IMG/VR virus record: IMGVR_UViG_3300044796_000141
Coordinates: 36,323-100,322 of that record
Length of the DNA: 64,000 nucleotides
Source of the DNA: a virus
Direction: 5' to 3' (one strand)
Of the stretch, positions 22,108 to 33,682 are shown piece by piece. The notes below the pieces were generated by a model. It made no database searches and was not told the DNA's origin. It saw only the letters and a list, made by a program, of their open reading frames with translations. Position numbers and translations under genes: made by a program. Positions within the stretch are counted from its first letter, which is position 1; every line of letters starts with the position of its first letter.

Positions 22108-23467
22108 GGAATTAATATGAAACAATCTATTGAAGAATATCTTGCCAACGGCGGCGCAATTCAACGCATTCACTACAAGACATTTGAGCAAGTAAGCCAA
22201 GTCCCTTCACCGGCTGGTATGCGCGGAGTCATTAACGATGGACGCACAACGGCTTATCACGCGCGTCTAGCTGGTATCGCTAGCGGTGCAGCCCGTAGAC
22301 TAAAGTCAGAATTACTTGAAAAGAAAGAATCATTGGAAGGAAATTAAAATGAAAGAAACAGATTATAAAAAAGCATTTGAAGAGTTGCAAGTTAATCTTG
22401 AAGAGCTTACTGAATGGGCTAAGAAAGATACCAGCCGTAGCAGCGAGTGGAAGCAAGGCTATGTGCATATCGCCAAGCAAGTCATTGACGTTTGCAAGCG
22501 CACGCTAGGCACTGCCACGCCACCTGCCCCAGTAGCTAAGCCTGCACCTATTGCCAAGGTCATCGCGTTTCGTAAACACACCTATAAGGCGGACTAAATG
22601 GACTTCAAGCATTGCGACGATTACATTGATGATGAGACACAACCAGAATGTTTGCGAATGGCATTAGCCTATATGCGTCTGCCTGCCAGCGACTTCATTG
22701 AGATTACTAACGGACCGCAATTGTACGCAGAGTATAAAGGAACAGGGTGTCAAGTTAAAGTTGTGTTTGCGAGTCGATTAGGTGACGTAGGTATTGGCGG
22801 ACAAAACGCTGAATCTTATAGTGAAAGAGTTTCATTAAGCAGCTTGTTGAATTTCTCAGATGAGCCTTTGGATTTGCCGTGGTTTAATTTTAATCCTTTT
22901 CGAGCGTCAAGTAAACGAAGGGTAGCATTCCGATGAATAAAACTATCGAAGAATATCTAAAAGGTTTTGGTGGCAAGCCGCGCGACCCTAATCGCATCTA
23001 TCCAATTATGCTTAAGCTTACAGAACTGTGGGCTAACAATCCTGACTTGCGTTTCTGGCAATTGCTTTCAATGCTCAATCCTCACAAGAATGATTTATTC
23101 TATACCGAAGATGATTGGACATTGGCTCGCCTAGAGCAATTGCTTATCGATGGCAAAGTTTAATCGTACTGCAAAAGTTTAAAAGGTGGTTTTATATGCG
23201 CTATTCAGACCAAGGTTATCAATTCGACGCTCCACCTCCCACGTCGGAAAGAAAGTTCTTGACTATAGAGACGATGTGTGGTGTATACCGGGCAGGTACC
23301 CGAGATGACCTATTGACACACGCACTTGACCTCTTGACTTTGCGCGCGGTCTGTAATAGCGTCAGAGCTGATGCATTGGCGGGCATTCATTTTCCTGAAG
23401 CGTTTGAAGAACCGACTTGTGATAAATGTTTTAATATTTTAGTTAGATTAAAAGCAATCAAATAAAG

Positions 23468-24004
23468 GTGGAGCTTATGCTGTTATTGATAATGTCTCTC
23501 TCTGTTACGCAAGAATGTACTGTCGTTCAAGAATGGAATAAAGAAGTTACTCTTAAGGCTATTCGGATTATTGAGTCAGGCGATGGCAAGAATGTAGACC
23601 ACGAAGTTATTACTCGCGGTATCGATACTGGAACTAAAGCTTTTGGAAAATATGGCTTGACAATCTCTCTCATTAAGGATGTAGTGTTTCATAGTCCGCG
23701 CCTTATGAAGAAGCATGCGACTGTATTAGATATGAATAACGAAGAACTTAATCAATATATGTCATATAACCACGAACTAGAAGAAGAGGTTGCTTCTCGC
23801 TTCTATGACAGAATTGTGAAAGAAGTTGGCGCATCTAATCCCGACCTTATCTATTTGTGCTGGCTAAATGGTATTGTCGGCGCTCAGCAGTATCTTACAA
23901 AGCATGAGCTTAAAGACCATGCTATTGCCAACAAAGTATTAATAAGCTATTATAAGGAAATGAAATACGATGAAAAAACCTACGAAGCTTCAACCACTAA
24001 CTAA
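23468..24004 (+). CDS. possible exported lysozyme/peptidoglycan hydrolase-like protein
   Basis: IRIIESGDGKNVDHEVITRGIDTGTKAFGKYGLTISL...; weak similarity by eye. Confidence 0.35.
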   Translation: MELMLLLIMSLSVTQECTVVQEWNKEVTLKAIRIIESGDGKNVDHEVITRGIDTGTKAFGKYGLTISLIKDVVFHSPRLMKKHATVLDMNNEELNQYMSYNHELEEEVASRFYDRIVKEVGASNPDLIYLCWLNGIVGAQQYLTKHELKDHAIANKVLISYYKEMKYDEKTYEASTTN

Positions 24005-25144
24005 ACCAAAAACTTTAAGTGAAGCAGTTGCTTTAGTTAAAGAATGTAGAAAAGTTCTTGACGATGTATCGCATGGACTTGGCGGTGCTGGTTTAGCTAA
24101 AGAAGCAAAGACTGCGTTTGATATTGTTATTAAAGCTGCTCAAAAAAACAAAAAGGTTAAATAATGACTCAATCTAATCAAGAAAAGATTCGTATTGCAC
24201 GCATGCGTCTAGCTACTGTTCGTGGCAGCATTGCCTGGCATGTTGATATGGCGCGATGTCTAAAAGATATTGGTCTTGAAAAAGAATATATTGCCGAAGG
24301 TGTAATGATTCGGGAAGCAACGCAAGAAATGATGAATCTTATTAAATTCATTTCTTACGCCAATAAGGAAACTGCTTAGATGAATGATTTAGAAACATAT
24401 AATATTCTAATGAATATTAAAAATTTATTGACGAATGGGACATTTGACCAGGCTGTTAATTATTTTAATTCACTAGATGACAACGCTCCCAATAAAAAAA
24501 TCAAAAGACTTTTTGTAAAGCTTGAAGATTATGTAAAGCTTATCAACGAAGAGATTGAGCAAGACAAACAAAACACATTCTTACTTGGTCAACAAAAAGC
24601 CTTTGAAGATGTTCTTTATATGTTTGAAGCAATGTTTGAAAAGGAAATTAAAGATGCGTAAATGTATTCTTTGTAATGAATTGACAAATGGTTCTATTGG
24701 AGCCGCTGGATATGCATGGAGTTTCATTTGCCAGCCCTGTAAAGATAAAGAAGATAGTGCATTAGCTGACCGTATGCGCGGAGAGTGCTTGCTATTTAAT
24801 AAGGTTTTTGATAAGATTTTTAAGGAAGCAAAATGAATTACACTGAAGCTTATGTGCCTTGCGCTTGTCGCAGTCCACAACATTTGATAGTTCTTCAAAA
24901 GTTTGATGATAATGAGCGATATATAAGCTTTCAGCTCTCACCATTTCTTCCCTTTTGGCAAAGAGTTATTGCAATCTTTAAGTATCTTACTCAACCAAGA
25001 CAATCAGTTATTTGGGATGAAGTTATTTTAGATGATAAAGCTTTATATGATTTTCGTCTTTGGTTAACCGATAATAAAGTTGCTGTTGTGCCGCCGACCG
25101 AAGAAGCTCCAGAACCAATTAAAACTTCAGAACAGGAGTAAATT

Positions 25145-25702
25145 ATGAGTGATGAAAAAGTTGATAAACTTCTTGAAGAAGTACAAAATATAATTGATAA
25201 ACGCGACCCAGAAGTAGAAAAAATTATGGCAGAATTTAAAGCCAAAGATGAAGAGCGTGCACGCATTCGTAAACTTCCTATTGCCGGCAAAGACGAATGG
25301 GATGAAGTTGGTACAATTGGTGTTGATGCCGGTTTGTGTTGGGTAGGCGACCCCTGCTATATCATTCACCATAATGACGATGATAAGGGAGACCAAAATA
25401 AAGAACTTGGTAAAAATTGGCATGAGTTTTGTGATAGTCTTTGGAATAAGGAAGAAGTAGCCGCCAAAGCAATGCACGATAAGGGCTTTCAAGGGGCGCC
25501 GGCTGTTCAATTTAATTATGATTTAGGGCATCCAGGTTTAGGCGTTTGTGTCCAATCAGGATATGGCGACGGTTCTTATCCTGTTTATGTTAGACGCAAT
25601 CATGAAGGTAGAATCATTGAGCTTAAGGTTGTCTTTGCCGATGCAGATGACCCAGGCTTTGGCTTTGGCGATGACGAGCCAGAAGAATGCGATTGTGAAT
25701 AA
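25145..25702 (+). CDS. hypothetical protein
   Basis: IGVDAGLCWVGDPCYIIH...GYGDGSYPVYVRRNHEGRIIELKVVF pattern seen in phage/bacterial small proteins. Confidence 0.7.
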   Translation: MSDEKVDKLLEEVQNIIDKRDPEVEKIMAEFKAKDEERARIRKLPIAGKDEWDEVGTIGVDAGLCWVGDPCYIIHHNDDDKGDQNKELGKNWHEFCDSLWNKEEVAAKAMHDKGFQGAPAVQFNYDLGHPGLGVCVQSGYGDGSYPVYVRRNHEGRIIELKVVFADADDPGFGFGDDEPEECDCE

Positions 25703-27623
25703 TATGAATGAAGATACGTGGGAAGAATATGGCCGCGATTTTTATGAATATAAAGAAAAAGTTAAAGAACTTGAAGCTCGCACATTAAAAGCTATTTCTG
25801 AATTGAATAAGCTGCGCGACAAATCACAAGCTCACGAATGGATGCGTCTACAAGGCAAAGCAGAAGGTGTAGATTTAGTCTTGCAATATATTAGGGAAAT
25901 GCTTTGATTAAGCTGTTTTTTATAAAGGTTGCATTCTGGCAACCACGCCCATATATTGGATTTGCTAAAGACGGGCCAGTATCATGGTGGTTTTACAGCT
26001 ACTTTCCTAATTGCGAAACAAACCAATCAGACGAAACTTCACTAGTAGAACAAAACAAATTAGGTAAACTTTGGTTTGAATTCTGGTGGAAACTCGCAAC
26101 CATTATAAGGACTTAATATGGAAGAAAAAGAACAAGTCTTTGATGCAATTTATAGAGGTATCAATGCATTTCCTCATTTGCGCGCCGGACAAATTATTGA
26201 CAATGCCTGCTACCTTGCTGGTAAACGCCCTGGTACAATCTCAAACAAAGACTTGACACTCGCCTTGATTGATTATATTAAAACCTACAAACCGAAAGAA
26301 AAGAAATGATTAACGCACGGAAATACCTGTTTCAGGCTGCTGAGAAACTTGAGAATAAGCCCAAAAGCGGCGTAAATATCGACATTGATACTGCCACCTT
26401 TGCCGTCGAAAAGGCGCGGGAAGAGGCTTTAGAACTAGCTACGCGAGCAGTTTATAAGCTTGCAACTTGCCCAATTACATTCAGCTACGAAGAAATGTTA
26501 AGCGTTGCTCGCGAAGCCGCTGGCCTTAAATAAGGAAATAGTATGACTGAATATTATATTCGATATCTTGTAAAGGGACAAAAGTTTATTACTCAGCATT
26601 TTACTGGTATCAACGCATACGAACATGCCGTAACCAGTGCGCAAAAGATTGCTGAAGACAACAAAGGAACTTCAGTTTATTTTGGTAGTAAAGATTGTCA
26701 TTCATTGGATGAAAAGCGGTTCTGCTGGGATAATGGTTATTGGAAGCGCGTAGTTGAATATTGCTGTAATGATTAAAAGGAATTAATATGCTTAGATTTT
26801 TAGTTTCTTGGAAGTTTTTAGTTTTGTATATGGCTTTTGGCTTGTCTGTTGTGGTCTACAAGGCGCACCAAAGAGCGCCAGGAAGCACACCAGCGAAGCG
26901 TCATGGTAGAGCCTGCTAGCCAGCCTTCACCTGGTTATTTGTTTGACATTTCTCTCGGTACCGTTTATTGTGGCAACTACGCAGAAACTAGTTGCGGTAT
27001 TAAATTGTGGAATTGTGGTAGTGAAGCAGTTTATTATTGCCAACTAAATGTTCGCAAAAGAGATAGAGATTAAAAATGCAACCATGCACTGGCGGGAAAT
27101 ATACAGTTTACGCAATTGGTAGATTTCTTTTTTCATTTTATTTGTTTGATAAAACTCTTACAATATTGCCAGCAATTGAGTTGTGTTGGGATAAAAAGAA
27201 TTTTAATCAATATTTAGATATTTCTTTTTTAAATTTCTCTTTTGTAATAGAGGTCGAAGATGAATGAAATTCTTCCAGATTGTATCAAGTGTAAACTTCC
27301 TATTACAAAGGAAGATGTTCAAATGTATGAAAAACTTAAACCTAATCCAATTAAGTATCCTAAATACATTCCACAAAAATATCCAAAAGTTTGTGCCGTC
27401 TGCGTTTATTACGCAATTATGCACGATATTAAAGAAGATGTTGAGCATGAGCAATGAAAGTACATATTTTATATTTTGAATTACCGCGCAGTGATTATGC
27501 TTGCATTATGAGTGTTCATGCTACAAAAGAGTTAGCAGAAAAAGAATTAAATAAACGCGTTGCTGCCAATCCAAATTATGAAAAAGCTGAATGGTTTACT
27601 ATAACAGAATGGGAAGTTGAGCA

Positions 27624-27953
27624 ATGAAATATCTATTCTTACTATCGCTAATGGCTTGCGCTCCATTGGATGGTATTGATGAAGTGATTGACCTGCGAAA
27701 TAGAGCTTTTCGCGAAGGTACAGCGCTGCGTCTAAAAGATGGTAGACTCATTGCCGTTCAAGTTATTACTATGCCAGTAGGCCAAGATGGTAAGTGTGGA
27801 GAATGGAAGGCACCTGATAAAATCATTTTATTTAATGATTCTACTCGTTGCAGCAGATTAGAATTAATGCTTCAACATGAGTTAGGACATGCGTATGGAT
27901 TGCCTCATACGTTAACTGGCATTATGGCGCCGGTACCAAACGAGGAACCTTAA
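27624..27953 (+). CDS. matrixin-like zinc metalloprotease, small
   Basis: Lipoprotein-like N-terminus and QHELGHAYGLPH. Confidence 0.75.
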   Translation: MKYLFLLSLMACAPLDGIDEVIDLRNRAFREGTALRLKDGRLIAVQVITMPVGQDGKCGEWKAPDKIILFNDSTRCSRLELMLQHELGHAYGLPHTLTGIMAPVPNEEP

Positions 27954-28610
27954 ATATCTTGATGAGTGAATTTGACAAGCTATTTATTTACTATTCTGCT
28001 CTAGTTTTTGAAGCTTTTATAGCTTGGCATTTAGTATATGTAATTTTGAAATGGAAAAATTTTATGCAACCTTTAATTAAAGCTCTTAATTTTGTATTTG
28101 GTAATCCTTACGTTTATTATTTCTATGCAGCTCTCTCTGCAATCAATATCTATTTTGCACTAGAGGTTATGTCAGTCAATAGAGACTTGGGTACCAAGTG
28201 GGGTATTATTAATACTTTGTGCTTTGTTTGGTTCATTTATCGTGCGCGCCAAATCAAAGCACAAAGAGAATTAAAGAAGGGTCGCTAATATGATTGTTTA
28301 TTTAGTTTCTTCTGGCAGCTATTCAGATTGGTCTATTGATTCTCTTTGGTCTACCAAAGAAAAAGCAGAAGAGCGAATTAAGATTGTAAAAGCCAATTCT
28401 TATTGGCGCGCTTTAGAAGGTACAAAAAAATATATTAATGAATTTGCTGGTGGTACTACGCCGGCTTATTACCAAGCCAAGCTAGAACGACTTGAAAAGA
28501 TGAACCCGATTGACTATGACGGCGGCGAAATCAATGAAGAGATTGATGAATTTGAATTAGATAATGAAGAAGATTTAAAGATTCTTCAGCCTCTTACAAA
28601 AGGATAATTT

Positions 28611-29552
28611 ATGTCATTGAAGTCTTATAATATTTTAATGTTTTCCCGTTTTTATGATGGCGGCATAGACGCTTGCTGGTCTGTCAATGAAGAAACGTGT
28701 GACTTTCTTTATAAAGCGCCCAATGAAATGGAAGCTATTCGAGAATACATTAGAGTATTGCGTGAAGAGTCTGGCGTGACTATGATGTCAGGCGATAATT
28801 GCTTCGATGACGCCAAATGGAATACCAGTACTAAAGTTTATGAAGATTATATCAATATGGAAGACCCCGACATTGTAATGGAGGTGTTTTTTCCAGTTGA
28901 AAGCGGAATTATTAAAGATTTTGATGATAGTACTGCTAAAGGTACTTCTATTGAAGCTTCACTTAAAAAACTTAAACTAATTTATGGCAAGTGGGATGGC
29001 AATGCTACCACTAGACCATTTTTAGGTCCACAGAAAAAGTACAAAGGTTATCCAATTTACGAAACTGGTATTCCTAGTCAATACAGTACTAAATACTTTA
29101 AAAATAAGACTATTGGCTACGTTCCACCTGAAACAAAAATCCCGCCTATTGCACCAGGCGCTGGATATGAACACCCGTTCTTTAAAGATGAATTCAATGA
29201 TTATAGAGTTGCTGTTAATACTTGGTTTCTTACTTTAAAGACTAAAGATAAGCTTTATCCAGGAATAAACGTCGATACAAAAGAAGAAGATTATTGTTAC
29301 CTCTATAAAGATATAAAAATGGCTAAACAATATCCCTTTTCTATTCCTGACTATATCTTTTCGCGCGACCTAGAAGAAGAAATTCTTAAGAAAGAAATTT
29401 CTTTTGAAGGTATTGACCCTGCTGTCAAACGCTTAATGAATAGCGTTATGCCAATGCATGGCCAAGACTGCTGTCCTAAGTGTGGCAATGTAGGTAAGTG
29501 GGTGCGCGCTTCTATTGTTTGTGAAACGCACGGAAGATTTGGTGGATTGTAG
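28611..29552 (+). CDS. hypothetical protein
   Basis: 313-aa ORF, C-terminal CPKCGNVGKWVRASIVCETHG zinc-ribbon-like. Confidence 0.75.
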   Translation: MSLKSYNILMFSRFYDGGIDACWSVNEETCDFLYKAPNEMEAIREYIRVLREESGVTMMSGDNCFDDAKWNTSTKVYEDYINMEDPDIVMEVFFPVESGIIKDFDDSTAKGTSIEASLKKLKLIYGKWDGNATTRPFLGPQKKYKGYPIYETGIPSQYSTKYFKNKTIGYVPPETKIPPIAPGAGYEHPFFKDEFNDYRVAVNTWFLTLKTKDKLYPGINVDTKEEDYCYLYKDIKMAKQYPFSIPDYIFSRDLEEEILKKEISFEGIDPAVKRLMNSVMPMHGQDCCPKCGNVGKWVRASIVCETHGRFGGL

Positions 29553-29777
29553 TCTTGACAAAAAACGCAAAGCTATGCTAGAGTTGTGAAGCTTGGCAAG
29601 CGGTTGTGGCCAGACCAAAGAGAATGTTAGGGCTGTAATGGCTCCTTCTAATTGGGTTTTCGACAACGGGAGAACTGCGTTGGAGCCAAACAGGAAATAC
29701 TTGACTGATAGGAAAGAGACTATCATTTAAATTATGTACTTAAACTAATCATTTCAAAATAAAAAGGACCATTCACA

Positions 29778-31637
29778 ATGAATATTTTTCAAAAACTTAA
29801 ATACCATTTTCTATCTAAAGATAATAAAATTCTTTACTATAATCATAATTTTTATACTGGAGAGTATAAGATTTATGAGCAGCAAATTAAAGCAGCAAAT
29901 GAAATTTATAATAAATTTACAAATGGAGAAAAGCATGTGTTGCTTATTTCTTCTCCACAGGCTGGCAAAACTATAACTGCCGACCATACCGCTCTTCTTA
30001 TGATGGAAAGAATTAAAAATAATAAATCATTTATTGAAAATCAAAAACAACTAAAGGTTTATTATGTGCTTACGTTAAGCAGTACTGAGCTAAAAACACA
30101 TTTAGAAAAAAATGTAAATAAAGCTTTTGAATTTTATTCTGAATTAGGAATGAAATTTCCCTTTATTAAAATTCTTCATTCTGATGACCTAAAAACAAAA
30201 ACAAAAAAGTACAAAGAATTAAACGAACAAATTAAAGAAGATGTCGATAACGGATTTGTTGTTATGGTAATCAATGACGAGTGTCACGCCGGACAAGGAA
30301 AAGGAGGAATTTACAATAAAAATTTACTAAAGCGTTTCAACGTAGATTTGCGTAAACCAAGGGAAAATTGGCCACAAAATTTGTTTTTGTTGTCTATTTC
30401 TGCGACGCCATTTGCAGCGGCTCTTGCCGCTCAATCTTATCCACCTATTTTTGATTTTGTAGTTTTGAAAACTTCAAAAGAATACTTTTCAGTAGAAAAA
30501 ATTCTCGCATCAGGAAGATTTCACCCAACAGAAGACAAAAAGCTTTTAGATGTTTATAAAGATAAAAATGGAAATGAACGCAAAAATCTAGAAGATGTTT
30601 TAGATACTACTTTTCAGTATTATGAATCAGTTAATAGAAAAACTGGCGTTGCTATACTTAGAATGGGAAGTAGTAAAAACAAAAAAGAAATAAAAGAAAT
30701 TATTTTTCGCGAATGCAATAAAAAAGGCATTAATCCAATTATTAATTCGTATGGTGACCACGACGGCGCGGACGGAAGTATTCAAGAAGCAAAAAAATTA
30801 CTAGAAAGTAGTTCAGAATTTTTAGAGGCAGGTTATGGAAAAAACACAGTTATATTTGCATTAATTTTTAATGCTTTTGCGGCAGGAAGTGATATTTCAT
30901 TTACAGGAAAAAATAAAGAGTTCGGAAGAGCAAACTGCCTATTGTGGTATGAGCCCGCCATGAGCGATTTAGAAAAAGTAGATTCTTATATTCAAAGAAT
31001 TATGAGAAATGGAGGATATGGACGTGAAAATTTAATGTATCCTATTTTTGGTTCGCGCAGACTTATGGAAAAAGTAAAGGATTTTTACACTAATCCAGAA
31101 AAATATCTAAAATATAATCCATTAAATGGGATTATTGAAGTTCCAAAAGGAAATGGAATTATTAATGAAGGTGGTAAAAAAATAAAATATAAATCATTTG
31201 CATTTTATTCACTAGACGAAATTAAAGAATTTCTTAAAGAAGAAGGTATTGAAACTATATCTGGCGTAAACAAGATTCCAACAAATCATAGTTACGATGC
31301 GTCTAAAGATATCGTAAATGACAAAAACAGACAGGGAACAAGTCCAAAAGATAGAGAATTAAAAAGAAGTAGAATTTGGGACATTTCGGAAAAAACTGGA
31401 AAATATGTAGAGTGTGGAAAAGTTCTTAAGCATAAAGACGGAACAGAAATGACTAAGGAAGAACAAATAAAAGAAATCGCCGCGCGCACGCAAAGCTGGG
31501 AAATGTTAAGAGCAAAATATGGTTCAAAAAATTACCTTGTTTTTATTGAAGACGGCTTTGAAAATTTTGAACAAACTTTCGATGAAAAGCACATTCTTTC
31601 ACCAAATACTAAAGAAATTTCTTTACAACTACAATGA
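29778..31637 (+). CDS. SF2-like helicase/ATPase (DECH box)
   Basis: Walker A-like SSPQAGKT; NDECHAG; SISATPF; QRIMRNGGYGRE. Confidence 0.75.
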   Translation: MNIFQKLKYHFLSKDNKILYYNHNFYTGEYKIYEQQIKAANEIYNKFTNGEKHVLLISSPQAGKTITADHTALLMMERIKNNKSFIENQKQLKVYYVLTLSSTELKTHLEKNVNKAFEFYSELGMKFPFIKILHSDDLKTKTKKYKELNEQIKEDVDNGFVVMVINDECHAGQGKGGIYNKNLLKRFNVDLRKPRENWPQNLFLLSISATPFAAALAAQSYPPIFDFVVLKTSKEYFSVEKILASGRFHPTEDKKLLDVYKDKNGNERKNLEDVLDTTFQYYESVNRKTGVAILRMGSSKNKKEIKEIIFRECNKKGINPIINSYGDHDGADGSIQEAKKLLESSSEFLEAGYGKNTVIFALIFNAFAAGSDISFTGKNKEFGRANCLLWYEPAMSDLEKVDSYIQRIMRNGGYGRENLMYPIFGSRRLMEKVKDFYTNPEKYLKYNPLNGIIEVPKGNGIINEGGKKIKYKSFAFYSLDEIKEFLKEEGIETISGVNKIPTNHSYDASKDIVNDKNRQGTSPKDRELKRSRIWDISEKTGKYVECGKVLKHKDGTEMTKEEQIKEIAARTQSWEMLRAKYGSKNYLVFIEDGFENFEQTFDEKHILSPNTKEISLQLQ

Positions 31638-31656
31638 TGCAAAGGTATCATGACCT

Positions 31657-32452
31657 ATGATTTTTAGATATCCAGGCAGCAAGAAAAAACTAATGAAATT
31701 TATCATGCCACACATAGATAAGATGATTATTGGACATGATAACTTCTATGATGTTTTTGTTGGAGGTCGGCTCTGTAGCTATAGCGGTAGCTAAAAAATA
31801 TCCAGATGTTAATATATATATGAACGATTTAAATGAAAATATATTTTGTTTTTGGAAGATTATATCAGAAAATAAACCAGAAGAAATATTTCAATTAAAA
31901 AGTTTAATTGAAAAAATTCCTACAATTGAATTATTTATATATAACAAAAATACAAAACCAATTACAAATATAGAAAAAGCATATTATGCGATATTTTTTA
32001 ATCGTTGTACGTTTTCTGGAATCGAAACTGCTGGACCTATTGGTGGATTAAAACAAGAAAGCAAATGGAAAGTAAATTGTAGATATAATCTAAAAAAGAT
32101 TCACAAATCAATAGATGATTTAGTAAAGTTATTTTCAGGAAGATTGACTTGTACCAATTATGATTTTAGTTTGTTTTTAGAAAAGTATAACAATGGAATG
32201 TTTTATTTAGACCCTCCCTATTATAAACAAGGAAAGAATTTATATTCTTGCTTTATGAAACCAGAAGAACATTTATTATTAAAAAATAAATTATCTTCAA
32301 TAAATAATTGGTTGTTGTCTTATGATAATTGTGAAGAAGTTCGTTTTATGTATCCCGACCAAAATATAGAATATATAGATGCAAAATATTGTATTGACGG
32401 GATAAAAGAAAATTGGAAAATGTGTAAAGAAATTTTAGTTAAAAATAATTAA
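31657..32452 (+). CDS. D12-class DNA adenine methyltransferase (Dam-like), interrupted by one extra base at CGG 31768-31770
   Basis: MIFRYPGSKKKLMKFI...DNFYDVFVGG|GSVAIAVAKKYPDVNIYMNDLN...FYLDPPYY. Confidence 0.88.
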
Positions 32453-33127
32453 GGAGATAATATGAAAAATGCATTAGCTTCTATTAGTGTTCTTGGTTTG
32501 ATTGTTTTTATTGCTCTGTGCTTTGGACCTTTGGCTTTGTCTATATATGGCATTGTATTAGCTTTTAAGGCAAGCGCAGTCGTTGGATTGCTAGCTCTTC
32601 TTGTTGAGCCCTCGCCACTTATCATTGGGTTTGCTGCGTTCTTTTGTCATGTTGACTTGGCTCAGCGTATGGCCCAAGCGTTGGGGTTGCAATGAAATAT
32701 TTATTTTGTTTGATGCTTATTGGCTGTACTGATGCTGAATTTGCTAACCTTACTACGCTTGGCGATTCTGGACATGTTAAATGTTATTCAGGTGGTGAAG
32801 TAATTTATGAAGGCGATTCAACTGGTAAGATTGCCACCACTTCGCAAAGCGACGGTTGGGAATTTAAAGAGGCTGCTACCGGCAAGTTTGTCCGCGTGAG
32901 CGGAACTTGTGTTATTAAGAACTAATATGAAATATCTATTATTAACTTTGATGACTAGCTGTTATGCTTTTCCACAATCCACTTGTTTAAATCAATGCGT
33001 ATATGAACAAGTCCAATCCTTCAAAAATTCTGTAGAAAAAGCTAATGAGGTTTGTTTAAGAGTTTGCTTACCTCCAGAAGTTAAAAAGTAGTTCGTCCAG
33101 CGCCACTATGACAGATTGAAATGTGAG

Positions 33128-33207
33128 CTGTATTCGGCCGCGAATTTAGATTGCTCGCGGGAACAAGCTGCAATCTCCGGTTGGTTGACCTCTATAACCG
33201 AGTACAG
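33128..33207 (+). ncRNA. candidate pseudoknotted RNA element in 5' leader of HTH gene
   Basis: P1 CTGTATTCGG(33128-33137)/CCGAGTACAG(33198-33207); P2 CCGCGA(33138-33143)/TCGCGG(33155-33160); pseudoknot GATTGC(33149-33154)/GCAATC(33170-33175). Confidence 0.5.
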
Positions 33208-33227
33208 AAACAATTGAGGTTTTTATT

Positions 33228-33431
33228 ATGAAAGAAAAATTTTTAAGCCTCGTTAAAGAAATTGTCGATGCACATAAAGTTTCAGTCATCACCAAAGAGT
33301 TCGGCATCAGTAAGCCGACAGTTTTTCGCTGGTTGCGAGGTGTATCAGAACCACACCCTGCAATGCTTCCGCATATGATTCTTGACTTAGAAAGAATTAA
33401 AAAAGAGCTTGACGCATCTAGCGTAACTTGA
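33228..33431 (+). CDS. small HTH DNA-binding protein
   Basis: VSVITKEFGISKPTVFRWLRGVSEPHPAM. Confidence 0.75.
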   Translation: MKEKFLSLVKEIVDAHKVSVITKEFGISKPTVFRWLRGVSEPHPAMLPHMILDLERIKKELDASSVT

Positions 33432-33443
33432 TAGTGTATCTAT

Positions 33444-33518
33444 GGGCGCGTCGTTCAAGGGATAGGACTACAGTCTTCTAAACTGTTAATCCCCGTTCGA
33501 GTCGGGGCGTGCCTACCA
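33444..33518 (+). tRNA. tRNA-Arg(UCU), CCA encoded
   Basis: Acceptor GGGCGCG/CGTGCCT; anticodon arm ACAGT-CTTCTAA-ACTGT; T arm CCCCG-TTCGAGT-CGGGG. Confidence 0.93.
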
Positions 33519-33682
33519 TACACTTATGAAAAAGAAAATTCCATCCATTATCATTCCTCGGACAAAAGTTCGCAATCCAATAAGCGATAATGCCCACGCA
33601 CGCAAAGCAGGGCCAATGAAGAATAAGAACCAAAAGCGCAATATTAAACGCCTCCCTAAAGAAATATTTAAGGAAATCAAAA

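Noticed and set aside
26806-27073. Possible frameshift joining MLRFLVSWKFLVLYMAFGLSVVV to ...TKERQEAHQRSVMVEPAS
   Set aside because: There is no CGG at the overlap and two overlapping ORFs are equally plausible.
29433-29726. Minus-strand ORF MIVSFLSVKYF...
   Set aside because: It is antisense to the end of the 28611 gene and a coding-like plus-strand remnant, with no supporting motif.
33128-33207. HDV-like or pistol ribozyme assignment
   Set aside because: Order of paired segments differs from HDV-like folds and conserved pistol nucleotides were not found.
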